Shown piece by piece: positions 12,731-25,619 of a stretch of DNA of 64,000 bases. How positions within the stretch are numbered: the first letter of the stretch is position 1; every line of letters begins with the position of its first letter. Both the position numbers and the translations under genes were made by a program. Source of the stretch: Protoeuglena noctilucae (lineage: Eukaryota); contig OY253670.1 in assembly GCA_958009085.1 (NCBI GenBank), positions 434,001 to 498,000 on the forward strand, written 5' to 3'. The notes beneath the pieces were generated by a model, which was not told the DNA's origin, ran no database searches, and was given only the letters and a program-made list of their open reading frames with translations.

Positions 12731-15700
12731 TCCTCACCACCACCGTCACCCTCACCCTCGCCACCCACCACCCGCAGGCATCGAGAAGCACGCGACCATC
12801 GCGCTGATCGTGGACCACCAGGGACAAGTCCAGGACGTGCGCCAGCACTGTGCCTGTGCTGCACCGGGGTTCAGCTTCACGCGCGAGGGCCTGCAGGGAG
12901 TGCCAGTAAACAAGGTCATCGGCATCAAGGGACCGCTCGAGGCGTTCATGACTGCGTGGGCCGAGGCCACGGCGGACCCTCCCTTTGAGTCGACACCGCA
13001 GCTGGTCACCGTCCGCACGCCCGACGGCACCGCCCGCCTCGCCAACGCTGTTTTCGGCGCCCGCCGCGACAGCCTGGGTAACGACGGCGATCGCGTGCTG
13101 TGCCTGACACTCTCCCGCCTGGACCTGCTCAACGTGGTGCTGGAGATGGCAGACGATGGTACCCTGCGCGCCATCCACGGCCCCGTGCACAAGCATGTCG
13201 GCCGACGCGCCGAGGTGCTGCTCTGCCAGCCCCTCTCGGCCATCGTCCCCGGATTGGGGGGCCGCATCCACCTTGCAGACGACCTCTTGGTTCCCCCCGG
13301 CCACCGCCGCGCGCCCAGCAACAAGCGCAAGTCGGTGGTGGGACCCGAACACTTCCAAGAGCAGTATGCGGGTTCACTGGGCGTGCGCCTCACTTTCCAA
13401 GCCGCGCGGATGCAGGGGACCAAGGACGAAGTGCTCGCGCTGCTGGAGGCCACGGGACCCCACCCCGGCCCCGCCAGGCCCCCGGAAGCGAGGGCGTTCG
13501 TCGCTGGGGAGGACCCTACCGAGATCGACGACGCGCTGCCTGGGGCACAACGGGCCGGGGAAGGGCTGGTGATTGATGCGGGGGCGGGTGAGGGTGCGCG
13601 TGTGGCGGAGGGGGCGGCAGGCGCGGTGACGGGGGGGATGGGAGGGGTGGCGAAGGGTGCGGAGAGCGAGGGAGAGACGGGGGCAGGTGCGGGAGAGGTA
13701 GAGGAGGGCAAGGTGGATGGGATGTCGAAGGCTGCAGAGGGTGCTGTGGATGGCGGGTCTCCTGATGATGGTGCGAAGGGCAATGTTGTGGGCGGCAAGC
13801 ACGGTGATGGGGACGGGAACGGGGATGACGAGTCGGACAGCGACGACGAGGGCAGGGTGCCTCCTCGCGGGTCTGCGTACGAGCGCGTGCGCGAGTGGGT
13901 GGAGGCGGGGGGCTCGCTGGACCGTGGGAGCGTGGCCATGTCGGTGGGGCTCAGCGCGACCGCGTCCCTGACCCGCCCCGGGCTGCTGCAGCAGCTCTCC
14001 GGCGCGGCGAACGGCGACGCAGGCGTCGAGCCGCTGACCGTCGACGCCATCGCTCGGCTCCAGGACTCGCTGCACCTCATGAAAGCCAAGCCCTCGGTGT
14101 CGGGCGACATCAGCCGTGAGTCGGCCCGCGCGCTCACCGCTGCAGCGTGGTCGTGGCTCCGCATACACGTGAATATGATATAAATTAGGTTTAACGTGCT
14201 ATCGGCTTCGATTCATGCGCGTACGCCTCGCTTCGTGCGTATCTAGATGACACGTGCCCCTCGATCCCCCTGCTTTACCGCGACAATGGAGCACTGCATC
14301 CCCTTCGCCGTCTTTTCAGGTTCCACGGCCCCCGCGGAGCCGAGCCCGACCAAGCCGGGGCCCGAGGCGGTCGCCGCAGCATCGCCCAAAGCACGCGGGC
14401 CCCTGGCGGACATCAAACGCGAGGCTGCCAAGCAACAGAGGAACTCCTCGACGTCCTCGCGGCTGGGCAGCATGTTCGTCGAGGAGTCGCGCGCGCCCGC
14501 GGGCACGAATGGCGGGGACAGCGGCGACGATGGCGACGGTGCCGATGATGACGGCGACGGCGGTGATAATGAGGATGGCAACGACATGGATGGCGAGATT
14601 GGTGGCGAGCAGCGCCGCGTGAGCATCGACAGCGGCGCGGGGAAGGCGAAAGGGCCGATGAGCCCCCGTGCGCGGCCGGGGCAGGTGGGGGAGGGGCGCG
14701 GCGGTGGCGGTGGTGCTGGCAAAGGCGATGACGATGAGGTGGATGAGGAGAGGGAGGGCAGCGTGGCGGGCAGCGCCGTGAGCGACTCTGTGGTCTCTGA
14801 GACGGGCGGCCGTGGGGGCGGGGCGGCGATGGTGGCCGAGGACGACGTGCCGGGGCTGGACCTCCTGGAGCACGAAACGGCGCAGGTGAGGGAACGTGAT
14901 GTGATGAGTCACCATTGCTCAGAGGTGGTCTGTGCACTTGCAGCGCAAGCCAAGGCTAGACACAGAGAGGTCCACTGTTTGCTTTCATTTACAACTCGCA
15001 TCCTCGCAACCTTCCGCAGGTGCGCTCCCGCAAGTTCAAGCGCATCGAGGCGCTTCTCACGTCGCGCACCGTGATGCGCCCCGTCCACGCCACGCGATAC
15101 GTGACGATGGCCGTGTGCCTAGTCATCTTCGCGGTGCAGTGCATTGCGTTCGGACTCACCCTCTCCTACGTCCGCAAACACACCCAGCTCAGCAACTACG
15201 TCTCGCTCGCTGCGACTGGGATGAAGGCGAGACGAGAGGGCGTTTGGGGGATGTCAACGCGACTGCCAATTTGCTAGCATCTCGCTTCTCATCCCACGAT
15301 CACCTCGCTCACCTCTATCTCACCGTCCCCACCTCTTGCACAGCTCATCGACACTCCTTACCTCGTCTTACCATGTCGCTCTTCGTGACTCGTTACCCAC
15401 TCACACTCTTGCACCCATTATTGCAGGGCATTATCGACATCAAACGGCCGCTTCTTACCTCGTCTATCTTCAACACTCCCCTCCCACGCACACTCTTGCA
15501 CTCCCTCTGCAGGACATCATTGACACCAAACAGTTGCGTCATAGCTACCTCGTCTCTCTTCAAGACTCCGTTCCCACTCACACCCTTGCACCCATGTTCG
15601 CAGGGCATCATCGACATCAAGCGCTACGCCCGTCTCCTCCAGGGCCTGTCCGTGGGCACGCCCATCCCAGGGGGTTCGCTTGAAACCAATCAGGCCAAGA

Positions 15701-18700
15701 TGTCCGCATTGACGGCGTCCTTCTTAGATGCGCACAACCAGCTCTACCACACGGCCACGTTCTTCACCCACGCACCGTGGAAGAGCACGTTCCGGGTGAG
15801 CAGGTTCGCGCGGCGACAGCACGATCTGCGGTGCCGGTGCTGTTGTGGCCGCACCCTCGCAGCTCGGCCGCCGATTGGCAGTGGGCTTCGGAGAGCAATT
15901 GTATTGCCACAGTTGGATCGCTTGGTTGGGGCTGGAGCACCGATAACGTGCTGCGATGCGTCGGTCGCAAGCCATCACGCCTAGTTGCTACCGCTCATTG
16001 CTCGCAGGACCTGTGGCTGGCGAACGACATGCAAGTGACCACCATGACGGCCAGCAGCCTGGCGACAGGGGCGCAGCTGCAGACGACGAACACCAATCTG
16101 TGGGAGTGCGGCAACACGTACGCGTCGAACGGACTCACCCTGGCCAAGATGACCGAAGCAGACATCAGCCAGGGGGACATCGCGCCCCTTGCCAGCTTCC
16201 AGTACGTCAAAGATAACGGGCTGGTTATCCTGGCGGGCAGGCAAGGGGGCTCTCAGTGACAGCACAGCGACACGAGCGCCGCTGCCCTATTGCCCCGCCG
16301 CCTAGCTGCCCTCTCGCCCTTCCCACACACCGCCCTCCCCTTGCTCTGCCCACGCAAACCTTCAACCCTCAACCACCCCCGCACCAACTCCCACAGCGCC
16401 CACACACCCCAACCGTGCCCCTCCCTCCCTACCCCTTTCTCTCAGATACGAGACCCTACTCAGTGCCCTAGTCAACGCGACGCGCGACAACCTGCACACT
16501 CTTGGAGTCGTCGCTCTCGTGTTTTTGGCCGTCAATCTCGGCGTCGTGGTGCCTGCTGCGATCCTGGCCATTCACGGGGGAATGGCAGCGGCCCTGCGCG
16601 TGCGTGCGGGGATGATGGCAGTGCTTCTGGCGGTGCCTCGGGCGTTGGTGCACGAAATGGCGCGGCGGCCCGTGAATTTGCAAGGGTTGGAGGAATTAGC
16701 GGAGGATGGCGACGAGGAGGACGCGGCTGAGGCGAACAAGGCTGCCGTGGCGGGTGCTGCTGGGGTGTCAGTGAAAACACTGCGGCTCCTTCTGTCGCAA
16801 AAGGTCGACTTTGAGAGGGTCAAGGGTGAGTGGGGGTTTGTTACGAGTAGTACTAGTTATGTACTATTGTTTTATACTATATAACAGTATAACAGTACAA
16901 CAGTATCTTGTATACTAGTGAAGGGTAGAGCGGCAGCAACGTCCCTACTCATTCACCTCAGCACAAAGCATCGCTCTTCTCAGCGCAAAGCACGTTTGCG
17001 CACTGCCACCCGCACCCTCTTCTGCCGCCCACTGGCTGCCCCCTTTTTCCCACCCGCAGTGGCCCGCGATTTGGTGCTTTCCCGCCGCGACAAGCAGCGT
17101 TCGCAGCGGGTGGTGGAGGCGCAGGTGGTGGGTCCGTTCGTGGCGTGGGGTGCGGTGGCGGGCGTTATATACGGTGTCACCTGGGCTTTGCAGTCCAGCA
17201 CCGCTGCGGTGTTCGAGCCATCCCGTGCGGGGTACTTCATGATGACTTATACTGCCAAGTGCCTGTGTAGTGCTACGGATTTGGTTGTTGACACCGTCAA
17301 TCGCCTGAATGGGTCGCCGTGGGCCACGGCCTCGGGGTCGGTCAAGTGAGGGGGTGATATGGTGATGTTGTGATATGGGCTGTGTGACTGTGGACGAGTG
17401 AGGGTATGATGATGTGATGTTGTGATATGGGCTGTGTGATTGTGGACGAGTGAGGTTGACACGGTGATGTGGGAGATGGCCTGTACGATGATACTACTCC
17501 TCAACTAGTCTGTTCACCTTAGAGCCAGATTGAGCCAAATCGAGAGATTCGAACTCTCGACCTCTGGCTCTTACCGCGTTCATTCGCAGGGACCGCCTCC
17601 GCGAGAACCAGCTGGTGGTGCAGAGTTCCGTGGATGCGCTCATCTGGGGCAACAGCACGTTCTTCAATGGGGTGATACCCGGGGGAACGGCGGTGTACGA
17701 CGCCCACGTGCGAGCTGTCTACTTCGACCACCAGTGCTTCAGCGTGAGTGGTTGGCTGGAGATGACCGTGGTGATTGATACTGCCATAATGGTGGCAATC
17801 AATGCGAGTGTAGCAGGGCATGTTGTACAACTATATCGTGATATCTGGGTTCTGGGAATTTACAAGCTCTCGCTGTGAATCCGCAGTTGGTGTCGTGCCC
17901 GCCCCCCACCGACCCCGACTGGCCGTCGACGGGGCGCGGGTATTACGCCCTGATGAGCCGGTTCAGCGATGAGGCCACGGCGCTGCCGGACGACAGAGAC
18001 GTCGACCTCACCGTCACCAACGCCAGGTAAGGGGTTGTGGTGGGTGTGACTGGGTGAATGAGTCAGTGTAACTGACGCAAGGTGCGGGGGTGGGTGTGAT
18101 TGGAACATTGGGGGTGTGGTGGGTGTGGCTAAGATGTGGACCTCACCGTCACCAATGCCAGGTGAGGGGTGGGGTGGGTGATTGTGGTCAGTGTAACTGA
18201 TGCCAGGTGAGGGGGTGGGGGATGGGATTGGTATGCGTGGGGTGCATGGCAGGGGTCACAGGTAGGTCGCACCTTGACTGGTGCCATGCATTGCAATCGT
18301 ACGAGGGTGCCATAGATCACGTCTTGCTTGCGATGCCTCTCAAGCAAGACGCCTCTCCACCGATGCCCGTCCCTCTCCCTCCCCTGCGTTCGCAGGTACA
18401 CCTTCCTGCAGACCCAGGGCGACGATTCGATTCTCCAGGCGCAGCTGAGGATCAAGGTGGCCATCGAATCGCACAACAACCTTGCCGTCACCCTCGTCGC
18501 CATGCACGCCGCGCTGCTCGCCGCCACCGCCGTCGCCGGTGTATGGTGAGCGCACCGGCAATGCGTGGAACGATTTGTAAACGATATCTAATAGAATAAG
18601 ATTGGCTGCGTGTCTTTGTGGGGTGTTCTCACCTGATGCTAGCGCCCCACAAGTGGCTGCCGATGTATCACCTCACACTCCATATCGCTCGCAGTCACAC

Positions 18701-19229
18701 TTACACGGTATTCCGATACATCACCTCACACCACATCGCCTGCAGTTACACGATCTGGCTGTTACAGCCCCTCCACCGCCTCTTGTCGAGCGAGGCGGGT
18801 CGACTGGTGCACCTGATGGCAGAGCTGCCCAAGGAGATATCTGTCGAGGAAGTGGTGGTGGCGTTAGTCGATGAGATGACGTCCCACCGACAGGACGAGA
18901 GCGTGCTGGATCTGACCGACACGGCAGGGGCTGATGTGGGCAGGGGGCAGGTGCGTGGGGGAGATCATGCATGGTGGATGAGGGGGGGCAGGTGCGGAGA
19001 TGCATGCATGCATGGCGGATGCGCTTACCTGCGTGGGTAGGGCACAGGCCACTCTCCTTTTTAGCATGCCAGTTGGCCTGGATGTTGGCATGGAAGCCAT
19101 GTCAAGCGACCATATTGCAGTCGTTGGGGCTAACTAACCATCGCAGTATCCGCTCACCCGCAGGGCGAAGTGAGGGGCCCAGCCCAGGGCGACAAGGCCG
19201 CCCCACCCGCTGCCGCCAAGGCCGGGTGA
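8277..19229 (+). CDS. TmcB/TmcC-like large multi-pass membrane protein with PAS domains, about 20 exons, 5' end uncertain
   Basis: N-terminal hydrophobic helices (8454-9790), then a helical region (HPHYPKLLQ|MYGKFLEDVQDN). A clear PAS domain lies at ~11370-11641 (DSVVVIDAETNLISFTNANMTKLFGYKRGELVGRNVNTLMPQPFSQHHDRYL...VVALHKDGTVFPV), with further PAS-like segments at 11855-12530. An acidic linker and C-terminal TM segments follow. TGA at 19227-19229. Confidence 0.75.
12661..12758 (+). repeat. (CTCACC)n microsatellite in the 3' part of an intron
   Basis: Directly visible tandem hexamer just upstream of the acceptor at ~12777. Confidence 0.95.
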
Positions 19230-19859
19230 CATGCATAGGCTGAGTGACATTGGGTCAAACCATCTCGCACCTGCACTCCGTGTTGACCGACAAGGATACA
19301 TGCTACTTGTTGCGATGTCTGTTTTTTGTAAGTTTGGGGTAAGGTGCCCTACATGAGCCCCGCGCCTTGTAGCGGCACGCAGCCTGGCTGGGGCCCTGCT
19401 TTTGCCGCGGGCAGCGGGCCGTGTGGTGCATCCCGCTGCGCCGCTTCTTTTCAGCTTTTGGAGAGCACGATGCCAGCCCTGCCGCTGACTACGGTTTTCC
19501 GCACAGGATGGCATGCTCGTAGCACCTACTGTGTCCCACGTCCCCAGCTCGGCCACCGTAGCTTTCCTGATGGTCACTTGCACATGATAGCGATGATGAT
19601 TTCCCGCACGACAATATTAACAGCACGCCTTGTTTGATAACAATACGTTTCAATATATCTTTTTGCCAACGCTAGGACAACACTAGGCTTTTTAACTTTT
19701 TCCGGCGCCGCCTGCGTTTTTGAATCGCAAGCAAGCACAGGATGCGGAGGAAGACACTCATAGGCGCAAAGCATTCCCTGCAGCCATGTCCTGAATGCCC
19801 GCGCTCCGCGTCGCTCGGCCGTGCTGCACTGCAAGTGGCGATGTTTGCTCTTGTTACAA

Positions 19860-22800
19860 CATCGGGAAAACCCGGCGATTTGACGTCACTCGGATCAGAA
19901 GGATCGCGGGAATCACTGGATTCATCCCAGTGATCCCCGGGAATCGCCGGGATCATCCCCGTGATCCCGGCGATCCCCGCCACTGCCGCAGTGATCCCAG
20001 CGATCCCGGGCCGCGGCCCTGACGCGCGTGCGCGCCCCCGCGTTTGCTCAGGGGGCTCGAGAGGAGGCGGAGAGACCGCACATTTGCTAGTTGGTGCTAA
20101 TGACTGCCTCGGAGGCCCCTCTCGCGTCCTAAAGCTTGCTCCAGCATGCAGACGGGGGCCGTCGACGCATCCGGGGTCCGCTTCCCCTGCGCCGCCGCTG
20201 TTCAACGTGAGATGTCCATATCTATGCGATGAGCGGGAGCTCGCGGGCTCGCCGGGCCCCCGGGGGCGCCGGGGAGGTCCCCGTGCTCGACCAGGCCTAC
20301 CGCCGCCGCGGCCGCGATCGGGCACGCAGCGCTTGGCCTATGGATTGAGGTGACCTAAATCTCGCTAGCTGCGGCGCCTTTGCCGGCTACGCCGCACGGA
20401 GGTGGCTGCTGCATGGGAGGTGAGCCGTCCCCGCCGTCATGGCGCTGCGGATGGGGGCGCGGGGCTGGCTTCGGAGAATTATCTCGATACAGATGACATC
20501 GCCGGCGTCGGGGACCTGGCACCGCGAGCATCGGGGAGCTCCTGGGGTCACCTACTCCTCGCCGCCGCTGGCGTGGTGCTCCCAGACCTGCTGCACGTGG
20601 CCGCAGTGAAGAAGCTTCCCAGCAACTTTCACGGCGTGAAGCTGCCGCCGAAGGTTGCGGAGGGGCACGCACTTCAGAGCCTCGCCCTCCGCAGGCTCCA
20701 GGAGCGACAGCTGGGGAGGCTGCAGCGCTCCCAGGTTGGTGTAGAACGACAAGCACTGGTTGGACAGGTACCTCAGGTCGCATGGGGCCGTGTGCACCGG
20801 GGCCACCAGGGCGCAGAGGAAGGTCCCGGCACCGGAGCTGGTCTTCGCCTCAACCCCGCACACGACCCTGCCCGTCTGCAGCGTGCCCCTGTCCGGGAGG
20901 TACTCGACGAAGGACAGGGTCTCGTCGGTGGCGACGATCCTGGCCCGGTCCCCGCTGGCCGTCCCGATCTCGACCGTGGAGGTCAGCGCGACCTCGCCCA
21001 AGACGTGGCAGGGAAGCCCCGCGCCCTTGAGGGCGTTCAGGAGGTCCGCCTTAGAAACGAAGTCTTCCGCGCGTCCCTCGCTGCACAGGTCGTTCTTCTT
21101 CAGGACGGTCTTCACGCCCTTCACTTGGTCCTCGGGCTGGGACGGGACCGGCTGCTCCGCCCTCGCCCGGCTCTTGATGACGGAGGCCGCCCTCTGAGAG
21201 ATGACGCTGGTGCTCGCCTGCGACAGGGCTCGGGGGTCAGTCCAGCGCGGCTCAGCATGGCACGCGGGTCGAGCGCCGTGCGACCGCATCGAGACGTGTG
21301 AGTCGCAAGAAACGCGTCCTGCGTGGGCTTCCCCGCGTCGCCTGCGCTGGGCGGCGCTTCTTGCCTGTACCTGCACGTCGCCCTTGCCGTTCGTGCGCGC
21401 GTTGGCAATGGGCTTGTGCATGCGCTCGGCGTCGTTCATGCTGCCCAACATGATGGAGCCGTTCCTCGCCACCACTGCAGGGAAATGCGAAAGCGCGTGG
21501 CACTTCTGGCTGTTCTCGATCTTGCTGAAGAGGGGCTTCTCCGTGCGGACGATTTCGTGGCCACGCAGCAGCGTCTTGAGCACGACCTGCGGCGACACGG
21601 CAGCGACAAGGCTTCCAGAGTGAGTAAGGGGCAGCGAACGATGGGGCTGGTGTTGGAGAAGGCCTCACGTGGAGGACCTTATTCAGCTGCGCGTCCGCCG
21701 CCTGCGCCCCTGCGATGGTGGCGCTCTCCAGGGACCATTCGGCAGAGAGCTGAAGGCATGCCAGGGCTACGGCCACGAGCCCAACCCTCTCGTCGTGCAC
21801 GTCTTTGCTGCCCGAAAGCTCTGCAAGGGATGTGGTGGTGGGGAAACACTCCCGGGGTTCCCCGGCCCGCATCGCGATACCCGCAGCTCCTCCCGATGCC
21901 CTCGCAGCGCTGACTGTCGGCCTCGCCTCGAGAGAAGAGCTCGATGAGGGCGAAAGGCAGAGCTTGGATCAAGAACCTCGCCTCGTACGCCTTTATCTTC
22001 CCAAACGGGTCCACGAGGCTCAGCACGATCTGGAAGGTCTCGCCCCACGGACGGGCGTGGATCCATGCCGGGGCCTGCGCTCCACCCACACGACGATGGA
22101 CATGCCAGGTGAATACCGAGCAGCTGCGGCGCCACTGCAGGCAACGCACGCCATTGCCTGACCTGCAGCTCACCTTGGCATCCGCAATGATCGATGCGAA
22201 CGCAGCCAAGAGGGCGTTTGCCTTTGTCGCAGACTCTCCCGCTGCCGCGTTGTTGTAGAGGACGGTCAGTATGCAGAAGGGAACAGTCTTGCCCAACATT
22301 CCCAGTTCCACGGTGTGCATGGGGTCAGGTGCTTGGCCCTGATACAAGTCTGACCCGAACTCGTCCCAGTACGACAGGGCAGGAACCACAGGATGAATTT
22401 TGCTCTCCCTGGCTTGTTCGTTGGCCCTGGCCGTCCCCACGTCCCTCCTCAAGCGCAGGATGTGCTGCACCTGGAGGCGATGCAGCGCGACGGTGCGAGG
22501 CGTGCGGCAGTCATCCTGGAGGCACAGCGGGCACGACCTGACGGCCAGCGTGGACGAGTTGGCCATCATGTCGTTCAGCTGCGCCGCCAAGACGGGAAAG
22601 ACGATGACTCTCCCGACGTCGGGGAGGGTCATCCACACCCCACCGGACCTCGCCACGCCAATCAGCTGCCGGTCCACGGCAGCCAGCCGCCGCTGGATGG
22701 CCTCTCTGTTGTTCAGGTCTGCCTGTGACCCCGGAGTGATCCCGGACACCTGCGGGGGCCTCGAGCGACAACTCATACACGCGGCGTGGTGGTGGACGTG

Positions 22801-25432
22801 TGGGCTGCAACGCCGGCAATCCTCCTCTCGCCTTCATGGACTCGACGGTGGCCACGGTTCGCGGCGTCCCTGTCCTCACGGCCTTGCAAGGCGACAGGAG
22901 GTGCATGTGGATGGGCGTCGTCGATGCGCCCTTGGTCATCTCCACCCCGTCGATGCTGTACGCGACGGGCACGAGGAGCAGCCGGGCGTGCAGCTCGGGG
23001 CGGACTTTGCCAGCGACAGCCTCGGCTATGTCGCTATACCCCTTCGCCCGGGAGAAGGTGAGCTTCTCGTGGATGCTGGGATGCGTCTCATGTGGTCTCG
23101 CCCGCGCCTGGCGTGACCGTTCCCGTGCCTCGCTGAAGTCTCGCATCAACTTAACGAGCGTCTTGGGCTTGATCTGCTCCGCGTGCACCAGCATGTCCCT
23201 CAGCACCGTTATCGTTTGGTAGATGATGGTTGTGCTGCCCTCCTCTTGCAAAACCTGCAGGCCGTGCGTGCACTGGTTGGCGTCAGCCCCCTCGGCCGCG
23301 TCCGAGGCCCTCGACACAAGCGGCACCGCGGCGTGACGCACCTCGTACTGGCCATGGATGCTGTTGAGTGAGGTGTGGAACGTGCGGTGGGAGCGCCCGA
23401 GGTCGAGAAGGTCGTCGCGGATGTCGGGGCGCAGCTTCACGAAGCAATCGAAATGCGCTGCCGTCAGCGATGCCATGAACTGCGCCCCTGCTTCAAGTTG
23501 GCTCAGGTACTCATCGTCACTGTCCCTGCTCCTGGCCCGCCATGCCTCCAGGTCCTCCGGCAGCTTCAGCGGTTCGTACTCCCCGGGCGCAGGAAGGTAG
23601 GAGACTCCAGGAGCGTCCTCTTGGGGCGCATCATGCGCTCCGGCGCTCTCGGGCGGTTCACCCCTCTCCGAGTCAATGTCCACGTCCATGTCCACGTCCG
23701 TGTCGGCGTAGTGGAGCCACGCGAGTCCTACATCTTCGCTCTCGCCATCACTGCCCGCAGCAACGTCCGCCGTCCCGTCTTCCTCCCGCAGTTCTTGGTC
23801 TGGTCCCGCGCTGGCGCTGTCGCGTGCCAGCCCGTCCGAGCCTCGCAGAGACGGAGAGACATAGTGTTCGTGTGGGGCGGCGGGGCGGGGTGCTTCCTGG
23901 CGGCTCTCCTCGCCATATCTCCAGCCCCACAGCGCAGGGCATCTTTGCTGATGCCGGGCGAGCTTGGCCGGGGTATCGAATTGCGTTCCACACGCGTCGC
24001 ATTCGAGCATGGTGAGCTGCAGCGCAGGTTGCGATGCAGGGTTCAAGGCGGGCATGGTGAGGGCGTGGAAGCGGAGGTGAGGAAAGTCCAGCGCGCGCTC
24101 TGTGGGTCAGGCAGGCTCAGGGGTCGTCAGTCCTCCAGGCAAGCGGGGGTGGATTGCAGGGCTGCAGCGACAGCACCGCGCACAGGCGAGGCTCGGCGCT
24201 GCTGGTGCGAACAGCGCTGGATCATCGTCCCTCTCTAGGGTGAGAGTGCAGCCTGCTGCTGAGCCATCTGCGAGGTGTGCTGACGTGGCTGGGGAGGGGA
24301 GGGGCCAGCTCCCGTGAGGTGAGATGCAGCATACGCATGACTAGATCAGGTCGGACATTGTCGCTGTCCCCGAGGTGCGCGGTTGGTCTGCTGCGCTACC
24401 GGTGGGGTCTGCGACACGGTCAGGTGTGCAAGGGGGGGTTGGTTGGCTGGGAGGGACGAAGGGCTGGTCCGCCAGCGTGGTATCTCTGTACTTGCTTACT
24501 GTACCTGGCACCGTGCCTGCACTCTCTCACCCCGAGACTGACTCTAACTTCGCCTAACAAGCACGCAGGCGCACGTGCCACCTCGTCCCAAGTTCCGGCG
24601 CTGGTCGGGTGCTGGCCGGGCCCGCCATGGCTCGTCCGCCGACCCATGCCCCTTGTCTGTCGTCTGGCGTCCGCGGCGCCCCGCAGCGGTGGTCATCGAC
24701 TCCTGGGGCGGCCGTCGGCACGGCGGAGTCGCGCACGCCACCATCTCCCGAGTGCCTGGCCCGAGTGCCGGAGCGCCGCTCCCCGATGGAGCGGCAGCGT
24801 CCGGAACAAGCGGTCGGTGCCTCTGGCGGTGGTCGCTGCGCGCTCCCGTCGCGCCTGCGGCCGCCCGAGTCCGGCTGCATGTGCGTGCATGAGTGCGTTG
24901 CCTAGAGCGTCACGGATGGTCATGTAACCTCGGCGTAGGGATTGAAATACCAATAGCTACGCTAGGGAGCGATTACGGGCCGAACGGAGCCCCCCGGGCC
25001 GCGCGGGCCCCGGAGCGCGCGTGCCCGAAAGATGCGTCCGATCGCGATCAAGATAGGTCTGATCGCGGCCGAGAAGGAAGATAGGCGGCGGGATAGCCTC
25101 GGCTAACGCTTCCGGCGCCGCTGCGCTCCCGAGTGGGCCCCGCTCCCCGCGATCCCCGACCACGACGAAATGCCGCGAAACTGCTCCCAGCGGCCTCTCG
25201 CATCCCGGGTGCGCCGTGGCCGTAACCGCGCCGCGAAAAACGGCCTCCCCAGGGAGATCGGGCGCGCGGCTGGAATCACTGGGCTCAATGAGGGTTTACA
25301 TTACAGTCTGTGTCGTCAGTGGGATCACTGGGGTGATCCCTCTGATACCCCGGGATCAGCGGGATGATCCCCACGATTCCTGGGTATCACGGGGATGATC
25401 CTACTGACGCCAGACTCGCGGTTTTCCCGATG
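19860..25432 (-). mobile_element. Plavaka-type (CMC-related) cut-and-paste DNA transposon, apparently full length (5573 bp)
   Basis: Left end CATCGGGAAAACC (19860) and right end GGTTTTCCCGATG (25432) form a perfect 13-bp inverted repeat that extends imperfectly to ~38 bp. It is flanked by AA at 19858-59 and 25433-34. Both ends carry subterminal GATC-core repeats, and the element encodes a transposase. Confidence 0.9.
20552..24010 (-). CDS. Plavaka-family DDE transposase with N-terminal C2H2-like zinc finger, 7 exons
   Basis: Motifs in order: CDACGTQFDTPAKLARHQQRC (Zn finger); VAYSIDG (D1); VFPVLAAQLNDMM...CPLC (D2 plus CxxC); APDPMHTVELG (DxxH); KCHALSHF...NGS...AERMH...RTN (catalytic E). 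Six introns can be placed that keep a single open frame to TAG at 20552. Confidence 0.85.
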
Positions 25433-25619
25433 AAAGCTTCGATGCACCAGCGCCTCGCATCCAGATCACGCGGGCAATAGCGCCCTCGTGCCTATGTGGG
25501 CGCCACCCGCAGACTTAGTTCTGTTCAGTGCAGACCGCTGCCGGTGCCTCCACGCCGCCTCCACAGCGACTGCAGCAAGCGCCGCTGTGTAGGGATCGCA
25601 AAAAGCTACGTGGCCCAGC

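Noticed and set aside
15340..15630. Spaced repeats as a CRISPR array
   Set aside because: Eukaryotic intron; the whole units, including the 'spacers', are homologous; no cas genes.
17360..17455. Intron-internal tandem duplications (also 10270-10445, 45020-45117, 59368-59445)
   Set aside because: They copy intron sequence only, so they were not counted as exon echoes; ordinary local duplications.
24060..25300. Second ORF or TET/JBP cargo inside the transposon
   Set aside because: Only short Arg/Pro/Ala-rich frames with no HxD...H...R dioxygenase pattern. More likely promoter and 5' UTR with introns.
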